DNA of 64,000 bases from Candidatus Omnitrophota bacterium (GCA_023819255.1 JAMWBU010000005.1:1657-65656), one strand, 5' to 3'; counted from the first letter of the stretch, positions 21,320 through 31,852 are shown. Numbers and translations are program-made. The notes: a model not told the origin generated them from the letters alone.

Positions 21320-22521
21320 TGGATTTTCTCCTTTGTTTCAAAACCTTTCATCTTTACTCCTGATTCTTTACCAGGCAGTTTTGCCACAGGGTTGGTAAGT
21401 TCAAAACTTCTCGATGAAATCCAGTTTTTAAGTATCCCGGCAATTTTTCTTGCCATGACAAAGCTTGAGAGCGCGCCGGTTGGAATCGTTCTCTCGCCAA
21501 CCTTGATACTTCCAGAAAAAAGCTCTGCATAGCTTGCTTCTCCAAGAATATCAGGCTTTCTTTCTGGATAACTTTTGCTGTAATCAACAACAGGAGCAAA
21601 CATTTTTTCAGCGGGAATTCCGCACCAGAACGCAACCTTCTCATCCACAACAGGAATAGGTATGCCTATTCCGACAATAAGGGTAACTCCATAACCAACA
21701 AAAGAAGCGCCACGCAAAAATTCTCCATTCATTTGTTTCAAGTCGCCAATAACAGCAAGGGTCCCTGCGGGCCTTTTTGGCACCCCTTCTGAAGTCCTTT
21801 CAACTGATGGATTGTGCTGTGTGCCGTGCCATGCAACATAACCGATACCGCCGCCGAGAAAAATTTTTGTTCCAATCCCGATTGAATAATACTCAGGATC
21901 TCTCAAGAGAGGAGAAAGAACCCCCGCAGAACAGAAATTCGCATTACCAAAGTTTGGCTTCAATATCCCCATATATGTATACAACATCCTGTCTGAAGAA
22001 TTTACAGCAACATTATAATTCTGATAACAATTTCTAGGATTGAATAAGATAGCCTCATTAATGTTTTTCAGCGAAAAATAAGACCTCAATTCTTTTCTGG
22101 GATAACAATCAGTGCCATATGATGTTGCCTCAAGAAGTATACTTCTTCCACTGACGAGCTCTTCAATCACATAACCTCCGCCATAGCTGAATTCGCCTGG
22201 ATAGTAGAGATTTTTTGGATCGTCCGGCGGAATTGCGGTCGCGCCAAGATAGACATCAACCGCTGCAAGCCCTGCGTAGGCAGGCACTCCGTTAAGAAAA
22301 CATGTTCCGCCGCCAATCTTAATTCTTGGAGCGGGGTGTCCAAAATTTAAGTAAATGCTGCTTGAACACATTGGGCCAAATGTTCCTGTTGTCACAACAT
22401 CCACCTCTTTCGCTGCTTTTACTTCGCCTTTTTTTTTCACAACCTCAAGCATCTCTTCAGCGGTGACTATAACTGCCTGTCCCTTTCTTATTTTTTCATT
22501 AATTTCTTCTATTGTTTTCAT
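21316..22521 (-). CDS. Aspartate-semialdehyde sulfurtransferase-type homocysteine biosynthesis protein (DUF39/MA1821-like)
   Basis: KTIEEINEKI, VDVVTTGTFGPMCSS, GTDCYPR, NPRNCYQNY. Confidence 0.88.
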   Translation of the reverse strand: MKTIEEINEKIRKGQAVIVTAEEMLEVVKKKGEVKAAKEVDVVTTGTFGPMCSSSIYLNFGHPAPRIKIGGGTCFLNGVPAYAGLAAVDVYLGATAIPPDDPKNLYYPGEFSYGGGYVIEELVSGRSILLEATSYGTDCYPRKELRSYFSLKNINEAILFNPRNCYQNYNVAVNSSDRMLYTYMGILKPNFGNANFCSAGVLSPLLRDPEYYSIGIGTKIFLGGGIGYVAWHGTQHNPSVERTSEGVPKRPAGTLAVIGDLKQMNGEFLRGASFVGYGVTLIVGIGIPIPVVDEKVAFWCGIPAEKMFAPVVDYSKSYPERKPDILGEASYAELFSGSIKVGERTIPTGALSSFVMARKIAGILKNWISSRSFELTNPVAKLPGKESGVKMKGFETKEKIQ

Positions 22522-22563
22522 AAACTTCCCCTTTTTAACTATGTCTGAAGAAACAAAAAATAC

Positions 22564-22986
22564 TCAGGCTTTTCTCTGGCTATCTAGTTTTCTTTGTTCT
22601 TTAATAAAATCCTCCAGGGTTATGCTTTTTAATACACTGGATATTTTATCATCTAACCTGTCCCATATAATTCTTGCACCACAGAATTTCACTCTCGGGC
22701 ATAATCCTGAATCTTGCAGGCATTCAATCTTGCTTATGCCTTCGAGTGCGCCGATGATATCATATAAAGTAATATCTTTCGGATTTTTCGCAAGGATATA
22801 ACCACCCTTCTTTGCTCTTGTTCTTCTTATAAAACCCTTATTTCTCAAATCGTTGAGAATGTGGTCAAGATATTTCAAAGAAAGATTTTGCCTTTCACTG
22901 ATATGTTTAAGAAGTACCGGCGTACTATTGGTCCCAATTTCAATAAGACCTCTTATTCCATACCTGACGCGGGTTGTTATAAACAT
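22564..22986 (-). CDS. Rrf2-family regulator with three Cys (IscR-like)
   Basis: RYGIR, SLKYLDHI, KKGGYILA, C-x6-C-x5-C. Confidence 0.9.
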   Translation of the reverse strand: MFITTRVRYGIRGLIEIGTNSTPVLLKHISERQNLSLKYLDHILNDLRNKGFIRRTRAKKGGYILAKNPKDITLYDIIGALEGISKIECLQDSGLCPRVKFCGARIIWDRLDDKISSVLKSITLEDFIKEQRKLDSQRKA

Positions 22987-23024
22987 TTTCTATTGCCTTT
23001 TTCTACTTATTCTATACCATTTAT

Positions 23025-23053
23025 ATTATAAAAGAATTCAAAACCGATGTCAA
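23025..23053 (-). promoter_or_regulatory. Consensus sigma70 promoter of the Rrf2/Fe-S operon
   Basis: TTGACA-N17-TATAAT on the minus strand. Confidence 0.8.
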
Positions 23054-23147
23054 GCGACAGTTTTTTCATAAGAGATTTATGGTGATTGCATGCTTTTGAC
23101 TTTTATGAAAAACAGGTATATTCTTTTTTCTCAAAAAGGGGGAAAAA

Positions 23148-23987
23148 ATGGAGATTGGTTTTTTGACAGCTCCGTTTCTGAAGGAAAGTCTTGAATATGT
23201 TTTGCAATTTGCGTCTGAGAATGGATTTACAAAGGTTGAAATTTTCTCTGTGCCTGGTGCAGGCCATATCGTGCCGGAAGAGGTCCTTGCGGATGGCTGT
23301 AAAAAACTCAATGATCTTTTTAATCTCTATGGGGTCAGACCATCAAGCTATGCCTGTTATGCGAATATCCTTGACCCGGATACTAAACGCAGGCAACAGA
23401 TAATAAAGCATCTTGAAAATTTAGTCCTTGTTGCAGAAATGACCGGGGTTGATATAATCTGCACGAATGCTGGCATGCCTTTGCCAGAAAAAACAAAGAT
23501 GCAAACAATTGAACAGGATGTCGCGCCTTATTTTAAACAAATTTGTTCTTTTGCCGCTAAACACATGGTAAAAATAGCGCTTGAGAACTGGTTTGCCACA
23601 AATATCCAGCATCTCGAACACTGGAAAAAACTTTTTGAGCTGGTGCCTTACCCAAACCTTGGACTCAATTTTGACCCTTCGCATCTTGTCCATCAGGGAA
23701 TTGATTACCTTGCGGCAGTGGATGAATTTGCGACACGTATCTTCCATACGCATGCCAAGGACTGTGAAATCAACCAGCATCTGCTTAAAAGGATTGGCAA
23801 TCAGGAAAAAGGATGGTGGAGATATGTAATTCCGGGTTATGGCAGGATTCAATGGGGTAGATATATTTCAAAACTCAGAAAAATTGGATACAATGGGGTT
23901 CTCAGCATTGAGCACGAAGACAGTACACTTGGAAGAGAGGAAGGCTTCATAGTGGGCAAAAAATATCTATCTCAGTTTATTGTGTGA
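23148..23987 (+). CDS. Sugar-phosphate isomerase/epimerase (AP endonuclease 2 TIM barrel)
   Basis: ALEN, NFDPSHL, HTHAKD, SIEHED. Confidence 0.88.
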   Translation: MEIGFLTAPFLKESLEYVLQFASENGFTKVEIFSVPGAGHIVPEEVLADGCKKLNDLFNLYGVRPSSYACYANILDPDTKRRQQIIKHLENLVLVAEMTGVDIICTNAGMPLPEKTKMQTIEQDVAPYFKQICSFAAKHMVKIALENWFATNIQHLEHWKKLFELVPYPNLGLNFDPSHLVHQGIDYLAAVDEFATRIFHTHAKDCEINQHLLKRIGNQEKGWWRYVIPGYGRIQWGRYISKLRKIGYNGVLSIEHEDSTLGREEGFIVGKKYLSQFIV

Positions 23988-24025
23988 ATTTGTAAAATAG
24001 CGCCAAGTGATTTAAAATAAATTAA

Positions 24026-25318
24026 ATGGAAATACTTATTAAAAACATTCGTGTGATAGATCCCTATTGCAAGATTGACAGCATAAGAGATGTTTTGATC
24101 TCAGGAGCCAGTTTTTCACAAATCTCTAAAAGCATCCACAAAAAAAACCCAAAGACAATCGATGGAACAGGCTTGTGGCTTATTCCCGGACTTATTGATA
24201 TGCACTGCCACCTTCGTGAACCAGGCAATGAAGGGGAAGAAACAATTCTGTCCGGAAGCATCTCTGCTGCCGCTGGCGGTTTCACAACAATATGCTGCAT
24301 GGCAAACACTGACCCTCCCGTAGACAACAAGGTTGTTGCGGGATATATATTTGAAAAAGCAAAAAATGCACCTATCAAGGTTCTGCCCTATGGAACAATC
24401 ACTGCGGGAAGAAAAGGCACATCCCTTTCGCCCATGGGAGAATTATCTGAAGCAGGTGTCATTGGATTTTCTGATGATGGAAACTGCGTAATGGATAGCC
24501 TGATATTCAGAAGGGCCCTTGAATACAGCAAGCCATGGGGAAAAATTGTTATATCCCACAGCGAAGACCAGATTCTCGCGAAAAATGGGGTGATGAATGA
24601 AGGCATTCTATCTACAAAACTGGGACTAAGAGGTATTCCTGCAGAGGCAGAACACATAATGGTTTACAGGGACATATCTCTTGCTAAATTGACAGGCGCG
24701 AAACTTCATCTTGCGCACCTGACAACAAAAAAGTCGCTTGATCTTGTCAGGGAGGCAAAAAAGGAATTCAAAAATATCACATGCGAGGTCGCGGTTCACC
24801 ATCTCGTACTGACTGAAGACGCTCTTTCAAATTATGACGCAAATGCAAAGGTCAACCCACCCCTGAGAACACAGCAAGATATTAGAGCGCTTGTGAAAGG
24901 AATTAAGGAAAATATTATTGATGCTATCGTAACAGACCATGCCCCTCACTCAGAAGAAGAAAAAGGTTCAGGCATCGAAAACGCGCCTTTTGGAATGATT
25001 GGATTTGAAACTGCACTACCTCTTGCAATGTCACTTGTTAAATACGGATTGAAACCAATTCAAATCATTGAAAAATTGACAATTGGCCCTGCAAGAGTGC
25101 TGAAAATTCAGCCCGGTACAATAACTCAAGGGGCAGAGGCAAACTGCGTGATATTCGACCCGGAAAAAGAATGGGTTGTGACAAAGGACAATATTCTTTC
25201 ACAAAGCAAAAATACTCCCTTCCTTAACAAAAAGATTAAGGGCAAGGTCCTGTACACATTCCATCGCGGAAATATCGTTTATTCTGACAAATCAATGTCG
25301 CAGAATAAGGGGTGTTAA
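24026..25318 (+). CDS. pyrC: Dihydroorotase
   Basis: DMHCHLREPG, KVNPPLR, TDHAPH, SKNTPF. Confidence 0.95.
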   Translation: MEILIKNIRVIDPYCKIDSIRDVLISGASFSQISKSIHKKNPKTIDGTGLWLIPGLIDMHCHLREPGNEGEETILSGSISAAAGGFTTICCMANTDPPVDNKVVAGYIFEKAKNAPIKVLPYGTITAGRKGTSLSPMGELSEAGVIGFSDDGNCVMDSLIFRRALEYSKPWGKIVISHSEDQILAKNGVMNEGILSTKLGLRGIPAEAEHIMVYRDISLAKLTGAKLHLAHLTTKKSLDLVREAKKEFKNITCEVAVHHLVLTEDALSNYDANAKVNPPLRTQQDIRALVKGIKENIIDAIVTDHAPHSEEEKGSGIENAPFGMIGFETALPLAMSLVKYGLKPIQIIEKLTIGPARVLKIQPGTITQGAEANCVIFDPEKEWVVTKDNILSQSKNTPFLNKKIKGKVLYTFHRGNIVYSDKSMSQNKGC

Positions 25319-26739
25319 TGAACATTATCATCATTGTCTCTGATACGCTGAGACGAGACCATCTTGGGTGTTATGGCAATGGCTGGATTTCAACACCAAA
25401 TATCGACAAATTTTCAAGAATTTCTCTAACCTTTGAAAACACTTACATTGGCTCATTCCCGACTGTTCCAAATAGAAGGGACCTGTTTACAGGAAGATTT
25501 ACTTTTACATACACAGACTGGTCGCCGCTGACCGCTGAAGAGGTAGTTATTTCGGAAATTCTTGAAAAACAGGGATACCTGTCAATGTTTATCGCTGATA
25601 CTCCGCACACGACAGCTCCTGGTTATAATTATCAGAGAGGATTTTCTGCGTGGTTAAAAATCAGAGGCCAGGAAGGAGACCCGATTACAACCGACCCTGT
25701 TGATATTAAGCTGCCATGCGCTCCCCATAAATTAAGAAACCCTGAAAGAGTTAAACAGATGCTGCGAAACAATCTTCTTCGAAAATCAGAAGAGGATTAT
25801 TTCTGCGCACAGACAATGCGGCAGGCGTGTATGTGGCTTGAAAAAAACTACAGGGAAAAATTTTTTCTTTATGTTGATACCTTTGACCCGCATGAACCAT
25901 GGGATCCACCGCATTATTATGTAGACATGTATGATAGGAACTACGATGGAGAGGAAGTTATCTATCCTGTCTATGGTCCATGCGATTATCTTACAAAAAG
26001 AGAAATCAAGCATATCAGGGCACACTACGCCGGAGAGGTCACGCTTGTTGACAGATGGGTGGGTCGCTTATTCCAGAAAATTGAAGATCTCGATCTGCTT
26101 AACAACACAATCATTGTGTTTACAACCGATCACGGCTTTTATCACGGCGAACATCACCTTATGGGAAAAAGCATTATCACAGAAAAATACCAGGGGCTTG
26201 CTCCACTGTATGAAGAGGTAACTCAGATTCCCCTTATTATGTACATACCAAAAACTAAGAGCAGAAAAATAAAGGGGCTTGTGCAGATTCCTGATATTAC
26301 CGCAACAATTCTTGACCTGGTGAAGGCAAAACACGATGTAAGAATGGATGGAAAGTCCCTACTTCCCCTGATAGAGAAAAACAAGAAGATAAGAAATTTT
26401 GCGGTAAGCGCGCCTTCAATCATTTATGGTTCAACAGGAGGTCAAAAAGTGACGATCACAACTGACGACGGCTGGACACTGATTTCCGGACTGAAAATAA
26501 GTGAAACAAAAGAATACATCACAAGAATCGTTGATGGACAGGTGCGAATACAAAAACCTTTGAGCAGAAATCTTGAACCAGAACTTTATTACCTGCCTCA
26601 CGACCCATCGCAAAACAAGAATATTTTTTCAAAAAATAAGGAAAAGGCGAAACAGATCCATGCGAAATTTGTTGAGTTTCTCAAAGATACAAAAACAGAT
26701 GAAAAAATTGTCACGATGTGGTCTGATTTCGAAATTTAG
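25312..26739 (+). CDS. Sulfatase-like alkaline-phosphatase-superfamily hydrolase (Thr at the nucleophile position)
   Basis: SDTLRRD, TPNID, PTVPNRRDLFTG, DPHEPW, TTDHG. Confidence 0.85.
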   Translation: MLMNIIIIVSDTLRRDHLGCYGNGWISTPNIDKFSRISLTFENTYIGSFPTVPNRRDLFTGRFTFTYTDWSPLTAEEVVISEILEKQGYLSMFIADTPHTTAPGYNYQRGFSAWLKIRGQEGDPITTDPVDIKLPCAPHKLRNPERVKQMLRNNLLRKSEEDYFCAQTMRQACMWLEKNYREKFFLYVDTFDPHEPWDPPHYYVDMYDRNYDGEEVIYPVYGPCDYLTKREIKHIRAHYAGEVTLVDRWVGRLFQKIEDLDLLNNTIIVFTTDHGFYHGEHHLMGKSIITEKYQGLAPLYEEVTQIPLIMYIPKTKSRKIKGLVQIPDITATILDLVKAKHDVRMDGKSLLPLIEKNKKIRNFAVSAPSIIYGSTGGQKVTITTDDGWTLISGLKISETKEYITRIVDGQVRIQKPLSRNLEPELYYLPHDPSQNKNIFSKNKEKAKQIHAKFVEFLKDTKTDEKIVTMWSDFEI

Positions 26740-26816
26740 CAGCATCTGATTTCACCGCAAAAAAGCCTCCTTAAATCCAGGCCGGCTAAAATTTTTCTAT
26801 AATCAGTCCGGGGGAC

Positions 26817-26853
26817 TTGACATATGGTAGCACGTATTTTATAATTGTAACAC
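26817..26853 (+). promoter_or_regulatory. Consensus sigma70 promoter overlapped by a candidate NikR-type operator
   Basis: TTGACA(26817)-N17-TATAAT(26840); GTAGCAC-N13-GTAACAC at 26827-26853. Confidence 0.7.
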
Positions 26854-26868
26854 CAAAAAGGAGGCACC

Positions 26869-27579
26869 ATGAAAAAAGGATTTACTTTAATTGAGATGCT
26901 TGTGGTGATAGCGATTATCTCTATTCTTGCGGCAATGCTTTTACCTGCGCTTTCTAAGGCAAGGGAAAAGGCAAGACAGGCTGTTTGTATGAGTAACTTC
27001 AAGCAGATTGGCATTGCGATGGAATTGTACGCAAATGACTATGACGAATTTTATCCTGTAAACCCGTACTGGAAGACACGACTCTGGGTTTATGTTTCCC
27101 CTGAAATGAGAAACAGAATTTCGCAGTGTCCTTCAAGACACGGAAAGACAATATCTCCTGATAACTGGTATATTGGTCAGGGTTATAACATCGGCAGCGG
27201 AATATTCCCAGGCTTTATGGGACAAAAACGAAGCCGCATAGTAAATCCTTCTGAAAAAATTATGGTTCTTGACTGGGGAAGAGAAAAAGATGGAAAAGGC
27301 GGATGCAATGCTGGAGCGCCTTACAGCGATATAGGGGTTTTGAGCGTGGATACTTCCGGTGCATTTAATGTTGCCGGCACAAGCCACTGGGCAGTATGCA
27401 GAATCCATTCAGGCGGCGCCAACATTCTTTTCGGAGATGGGCATGTTGGCTGGATGAAACCAGAACAATTTCACAGTGATGTTAAGGATGTTGACGATAA
27501 CGGAAGCCCGATTCCAGCAACTCCAAACATTGCCGCTGAATGGAGAAAATACTGGGACACAGAATACGCCAGCAACTAA
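26869..27579 (+). CDS. Prepilin-type N-methylation / DUF1559 protein with H-X9-DG motif
   Basis: [54 protein letters not shown]. Confidence 0.92.
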   Translation: MKKGFTLIEMLVVIAIISILAAMLLPALSKAREKARQAVCMSNFKQIGIAMELYANDYDEFYPVNPYWKTRLWVYVSPEMRNRISQCPSRHGKTISPDNWYIGQGYNIGSGIFPGFMGQKRSRIVNPSEKIMVLDWGREKDGKGGCNAGAPYSDIGVLSVDTSGAFNVAGTSHWAVCRIHSGGANILFGDGHVGWMKPEQFHSDVKDVDDNGSPIPATPNIAAEWRKYWDTEYASN

Positions 27580-27590
27580 CAGAGCATAAA

Positions 27591-28403
27591 ATGAAAAGAA
27601 TTTCTGCTCTTTTACTATTTACTTTTTCATTTTGCTTTGCCGCAAGTATTGAGGTAGTTTCAACAACATCGCAAATTGCAGCGGTTGTTAGCGAAATCGG
27701 CAAAGACTGTGTAAATATCGCTGTGTTAATTCCGCCAGGAATATGCCCGGGACACTACGAAATAAAACCAAATGACATAAAGAAACTGTGGAATGGCGGA
27801 GTGCTTTTTTACCATGGGTGGGAAGGATTCATTGATGATATCTCAAAATCAGTGCCAGGCGCCGGTTCAAGAATGTTCAAAATAGATGTTTCTGGAAGCT
27901 GGCTTGTGCCTGAAATTCAGATTAAGGCAGCTGAAAAAATTGCTGATGTTTTGAGAAATATTGATCCTGAACGCAAAAAGTTTTATGAAACAAATCTCGA
28001 ATTTTATAAAAATCAGATGAAAGAGCTTGACAGAAAAATTAAAAATTTTGTCTACGAAAACAATCTTATCGGGATAAAAGTAGTTTGTTCTGAAATGCAA
28101 AAATATTTTCTGAAATATCTGAAATTTGATGTTATTGATTGCTTTGGCAGGGATGAAGAAATAACTCCAGGAGAAATAGCGCGATTGATCGACAGTATAA
28201 AAAATCATAAGGTCAAAATTATTGTAAGCAATTTGCAAAGCGGCACCTCAACCGGAGAGATGCTCGCAAAAAGAACTTCCGTCCCACATGTCATTATCAG
28301 CAATTTTCCTGGCGGATTTGAAAACACTAAAACCATTGAAGCCACCATTATGAAAAATATCAACCTATTGAAAACTGCTGCGTACAATAATACAAACAGA
28401 TGA
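27591..28403 (+). CDS. Metal ABC transporter substrate-binding protein (ZnuA/TroA fold, atypical ligands)
   Basis: Signal peptide, VVSTT, IPPGICPGHYE, DPERKKFYETN. Confidence 0.85.
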   Translation: MKRISALLLFTFSFCFAASIEVVSTTSQIAAVVSEIGKDCVNIAVLIPPGICPGHYEIKPNDIKKLWNGGVLFYHGWEGFIDDISKSVPGAGSRMFKIDVSGSWLVPEIQIKAAEKIADVLRNIDPERKKFYETNLEFYKNQMKELDRKIKNFVYENNLIGIKVVCSEMQKYFLKYLKFDVIDCFGRDEEITPGEIARLIDSIKNHKVKIIVSNLQSGTSTGEMLAKRTSVPHVIISNFPGGFENTKTIEATIMKNINLLKTAAYNNTNR

Positions 28404-29092
28404 AAAACCTTGTCCTTGAAAATGTAACTGTGGAAAGAAACCACAGAATTGTTCTCGATGGCATCAACCTTTCTGTACAGGCAGGCGAAAGTATTGGAAT
28501 CTTTGGCCCAAATGGCGCAGGAAAAACAACTCTCCTGAACCTTATCAACGGTCTGATAAATTATAAGACAGGTAAGATTCTTGTCGGGGATGTAATTGTA
28601 AATCCTGCCAGTTCTAGAAAAATACAGCTCATCACGGGTTATGTTCCTCAAAATTTTGAAACTGATCCTAGAATACCTGTATTGACCGGAACAGTCGTAT
28701 TGTCCGGTTGTTACGGAAAACTCGGACTTTTTCGTTATCCAGATTCCTTATTGATAGAAAAAGCAAAAAAAATTATGAATCAACTTGAAATAACACACCT
28801 ATTTATGAGGCCTTTTGGACAGATATCGGGCGGAGAAAGACAGAAGGCAATGATAGCGCGCGCTTTGATGCAGGAACCAGAAATCCTTCTTCTCGACGAA
28901 CCATTTTCATCTATTTCTGAGCGCTCAAAAGAAACAATTTCAGATATTATTAAAAGATGGCAAGAAGAAAGAGGTTCCACAATGCTGATTGTGTCTCACG
29001 AAAGCACTGTTATCGAAAAAATGTGTGACCGCGTGGTCTATCTGGAGGAAGGGCAGATCGTTTTGAAGGAAAAAATCTATGGACGTTTATAG
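28400..29092 (+). CDS. Metal ABC transporter ATPase
   Basis: GPNGAGKTT, GYVPQ, ISGGERQ, LLLDEP. Confidence 0.93.
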   Translation: MKNLVLENVTVERNHRIVLDGINLSVQAGESIGIFGPNGAGKTTLLNLINGLINYKTGKILVGDVIVNPASSRKIQLITGYVPQNFETDPRIPVLTGTVVLSGCYGKLGLFRYPDSLLIEKAKKIMNQLEITHLFMRPFGQISGGERQKAMIARALMQEPEILLLDEPFSSISERSKETISDIIKRWQEERGSTMLIVSHESTVIEKMCDRVVYLEEGQIVLKEKIYGRL

Positions 29093-29885
29093 TTTTATGT
29101 TTTATTCTTGGGCCGGAGCAATTCTTACCGGCCTGACCTGTTCTTTGATAGGAGTCATGATTGTTACAATGGGTATTTCATTCATAGGTGTTTGTATGTC
29201 CCATGCTGCGTTTGCAGGAGCCCTTGCGGGGATTATAATGCGCATAAACCCTGTGTTTTCAGCTTTTATTTTCTGTTTCATCGTTGCAGCAATTTTAGGG
29301 CCTGTTTCTGATAGAGGAGAAATTAAGGCAGATACAACACTCGGAATCATTTTTACCTCGTCTCTTGGTCTGTCATTTCTTCTTCTTCCAATGATACCCG
29401 GATCAAAAAGCGAGGGCCTCAGGTTTTTATGGGGAAACATCCTCACAGTCAGCGATACAGACCTTATGATAGTGGGAATTGTTTGTGTCCTTGTGCTTAT
29501 CTCTGTCATTGCATTTTTTAAGGAGATTCAGCTTCTAATATTCAATAGAATCATAGCCGCTTCCACTGGAATTCCTGCTAAACAGATATACTATCTGGTT
29601 CTTTTTTTATGTGGAGCAGCCATCACGGCATCCATAAAGGCTGTTGGAGGACTGCTTGTGTTTGCCCTGATAGTCAATCCGGCTGCAGCAGCATATCAAA
29701 TTACATACGATTTGAAGAAACTTTTTTTGTTATCATCGATTTTCGGAATAGCTTCAGGTTGTCTTGGTCTGTTTTCTGCATTCTTGTTCAATATCCCGGC
29801 CGGAGCGCCCATAGCACTATGTTCTGTTTTAATATTTATCACAGCAACAATTTTTTCTCCTAAGAGAAGATTTCATGCAAGATAA
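29079..29885 (+). CDS. Metal ABC transporter permease (ABC-3)
   Basis: MSHAAFAG, FLWGNIL, VGGLLV, PAGA; hydrophobic. Confidence 0.9.
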   Translation: MDVYSFMFYSWAGAILTGLTCSLIGVMIVTMGISFIGVCMSHAAFAGALAGIIMRINPVFSAFIFCFIVAAILGPVSDRGEIKADTTLGIIFTSSLGLSFLLLPMIPGSKSEGLRFLWGNILTVSDTDLMIVGIVCVLVLISVIAFFKEIQLLIFNRIIAASTGIPAKQIYYLVLFLCGAAITASIKAVGGLLVFALIVNPAAAAYQITYDLKKLFLLSSIFGIASGCLGLFSAFLFNIPAGAPIALCSVLIFITATIFSPKRRFHAR

Positions 29886-30465
29886 AAGAATTGGGTTTTT
29901 TGACAAACTTGCCAAAAACTGGGACAGCAATCAAGATGAGGTGAGCCTTAAAAGAGTTATTGATGAAACAAATATTAAAAAGGGCTCAGCGGTTTGCGAC
30001 GTTGGCACAGGCACTGGGGTTCTTTTGCCGTATATTGTTGAAAAGGTAGAAGAAACCGGTAAGGTAATTGCTATTGACTATTCTTCCGAAATGATAAAAA
30101 AGGCAAAAGAGGAATGGGGAAAATTAGCAGTTGAGTTTGTTGTTGCTGATATCCACAATACAGGTTTTCCTGACAGCTGCTTTGATTATGTCATCTGTAA
30201 TGCCTGCTTTCCCCATTTTGAAAAAAAGAAGATCGCCCTTAAAGAGATTCATCGAATCTTGAAAAAGGGTGGAACAATTGTTATTTCTCATCCGAGAGGA
30301 AGAGAATTTGTTAATAAACTACATAGAGAAGCATGCGAATGCATTAAAAGAGACAGAGTTTTTGAGGCAGATATTCTTGCCAAACTTTTGAAACAGCAAA
30401 ATTTCACTCCTTTAAAAACCATTGACGAGCCTAATTTCTATTTTGTCTCAGCAGTAAAATCATAA
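29875..30465 (+). CDS. Class I SAM-dependent methyltransferase
   Basis: DVGTGTG, IDYS, FPHF, LKKGG. Confidence 0.88.
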   Translation: MQDKRIGFFDKLAKNWDSNQDEVSLKRVIDETNIKKGSAVCDVGTGTGVLLPYIVEKVEETGKVIAIDYSSEMIKKAKEEWGKLAVEFVVADIHNTGFPDSCFDYVICNACFPHFEKKKIALKEIHRILKKGGTIVISHPRGREFVNKLHREACECIKRDRVFEADILAKLLKQQNFTPLKTIDEPNFYFVSAVKS

Positions 30466-30569
30466 CTTTCAATTTCATAACCCTTAAAACCAATGTGTTA
30501 TAATTAACATTGAACTGTTTTTAAAAGACCCTTATAAACCGGTTGAGAATTTTTTGATGGAGGCAGAAA

Positions 30570-31646
30570 ATGGGTAAGAATTTAGTTAGAGTGGCGATTT
30601 TAGGTCAGGGAAGAAGCGGTAGGGACATTCATGGCCGCTATCTATTTTCAGCAAAAGATAAATATATGATTGTCGCTGCATGTGATGTTTTACCGGATAG
30701 ACGGAAAAGGGCCGCACAGGAATATGGATGCGATGTTTATTCTGATTACAGAGAGATTCTTAAAAGAAAAGATATAGATTTATTTATTAATGCGCTTCCC
30801 AGCCATCTTCATGCCTGTGTGACAGAAGAAATTTTGAATGCAGGTTTTAATGTGCTGTGTGATAAACCACTTGCAAAAAAAGTAAAAGAGGTTGACAGGC
30901 TTATAAAAACCGCCAAAAAGAAGAAAAAGTTGCTTGCGATTTTTCAGCAATCAAGATATTCACCAGCATTTCAGCAGATAAAAAAAATTATAAAATCAGG
31001 AGTTCTCGGCAGGATTGTCCAGATAAGTATCGCATACAACGGCTTTTCAAGAAGGTGGGACTGGCAGACCCTTCAAAGATTTTATGGCGGAAGCTTATTA
31101 AATACAGGTCCTCATCCGCTTGACCAGGCTTTGAATCTTTTGAATACGGATAAAATGCCAGAAGTTACCTGCACAATGGATAGAGTAAATACATATGGCG
31201 ATGCAGAGGACTATGTGAAAATACTTTTGCGCACGCCAGGAAAACCGCTTATAGACCTCGAAATATCTTCCTGCTGCGCGTACCCATGTTTTAACTACAA
31301 TATTCAGGCAAGCAGGGGAGGACTGAAAGGCACATTGACTCATCTGGAATGGAAGTATTATAAACCGCAGGAAGCGCCAGAAAGGAAATTGCAAACCTCT
31401 CCACTGGCGCAACCTGACGGTACGCCTGCCTATTGCAGTGAAACGCTCAAGTTTTATGAGGAAAAATGGGATCTTCCTGAACAGCAGAAAGATCTGTTTA
31501 TGACAATGACAGACGCCTTTTACAACATGCTTTATGATGCGATTGTTCGTGGGAAAAAACTTGAGATCACCCCGCAACAGGTCCGTCAGCAAATAGCAGT
31601 AATTGAAAAATGCCACAAGCAGAACAAAAACATATACAGAAAGTAA
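30570..31646 (+). CDS. Gfo/Idh/MocA oxidoreductase
   Basis: ILGQGRSG, CDKP, GGSLLNTGPHPLD. Confidence 0.9.
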   Translation: MGKNLVRVAILGQGRSGRDIHGRYLFSAKDKYMIVAACDVLPDRRKRAAQEYGCDVYSDYREILKRKDIDLFINALPSHLHACVTEEILNAGFNVLCDKPLAKKVKEVDRLIKTAKKKKKLLAIFQQSRYSPAFQQIKKIIKSGVLGRIVQISIAYNGFSRRWDWQTLQRFYGGSLLNTGPHPLDQALNLLNTDKMPEVTCTMDRVNTYGDAEDYVKILLRTPGKPLIDLEISSCCAYPCFNYNIQASRGGLKGTLTHLEWKYYKPQEAPERKLQTSPLAQPDGTPAYCSETLKFYEEKWDLPEQQKDLFMTMTDAFYNMLYDAIVRGKKLEITPQQVRQQIAVIEKCHKQNKNIYRK

Positions 31647-31852
31647 AAAAGATAAAATTGATTAGTTTCTAGCACCTTAATCCCTTACCAAAAAACAGCA
31701 TCTAAAACTCTGCTAAACTCTTAATCTTTTTCTTCTTTCCCTTGTTTTAATCAGAACAAGAAACAAAAGCGAAACAAAAACCACAAAAGGCAGCGAAACC
31801 CTTTTCTTGAATTTATTTGATGGCTGATGTATTATTTTTTGGAGGTGAAAAA

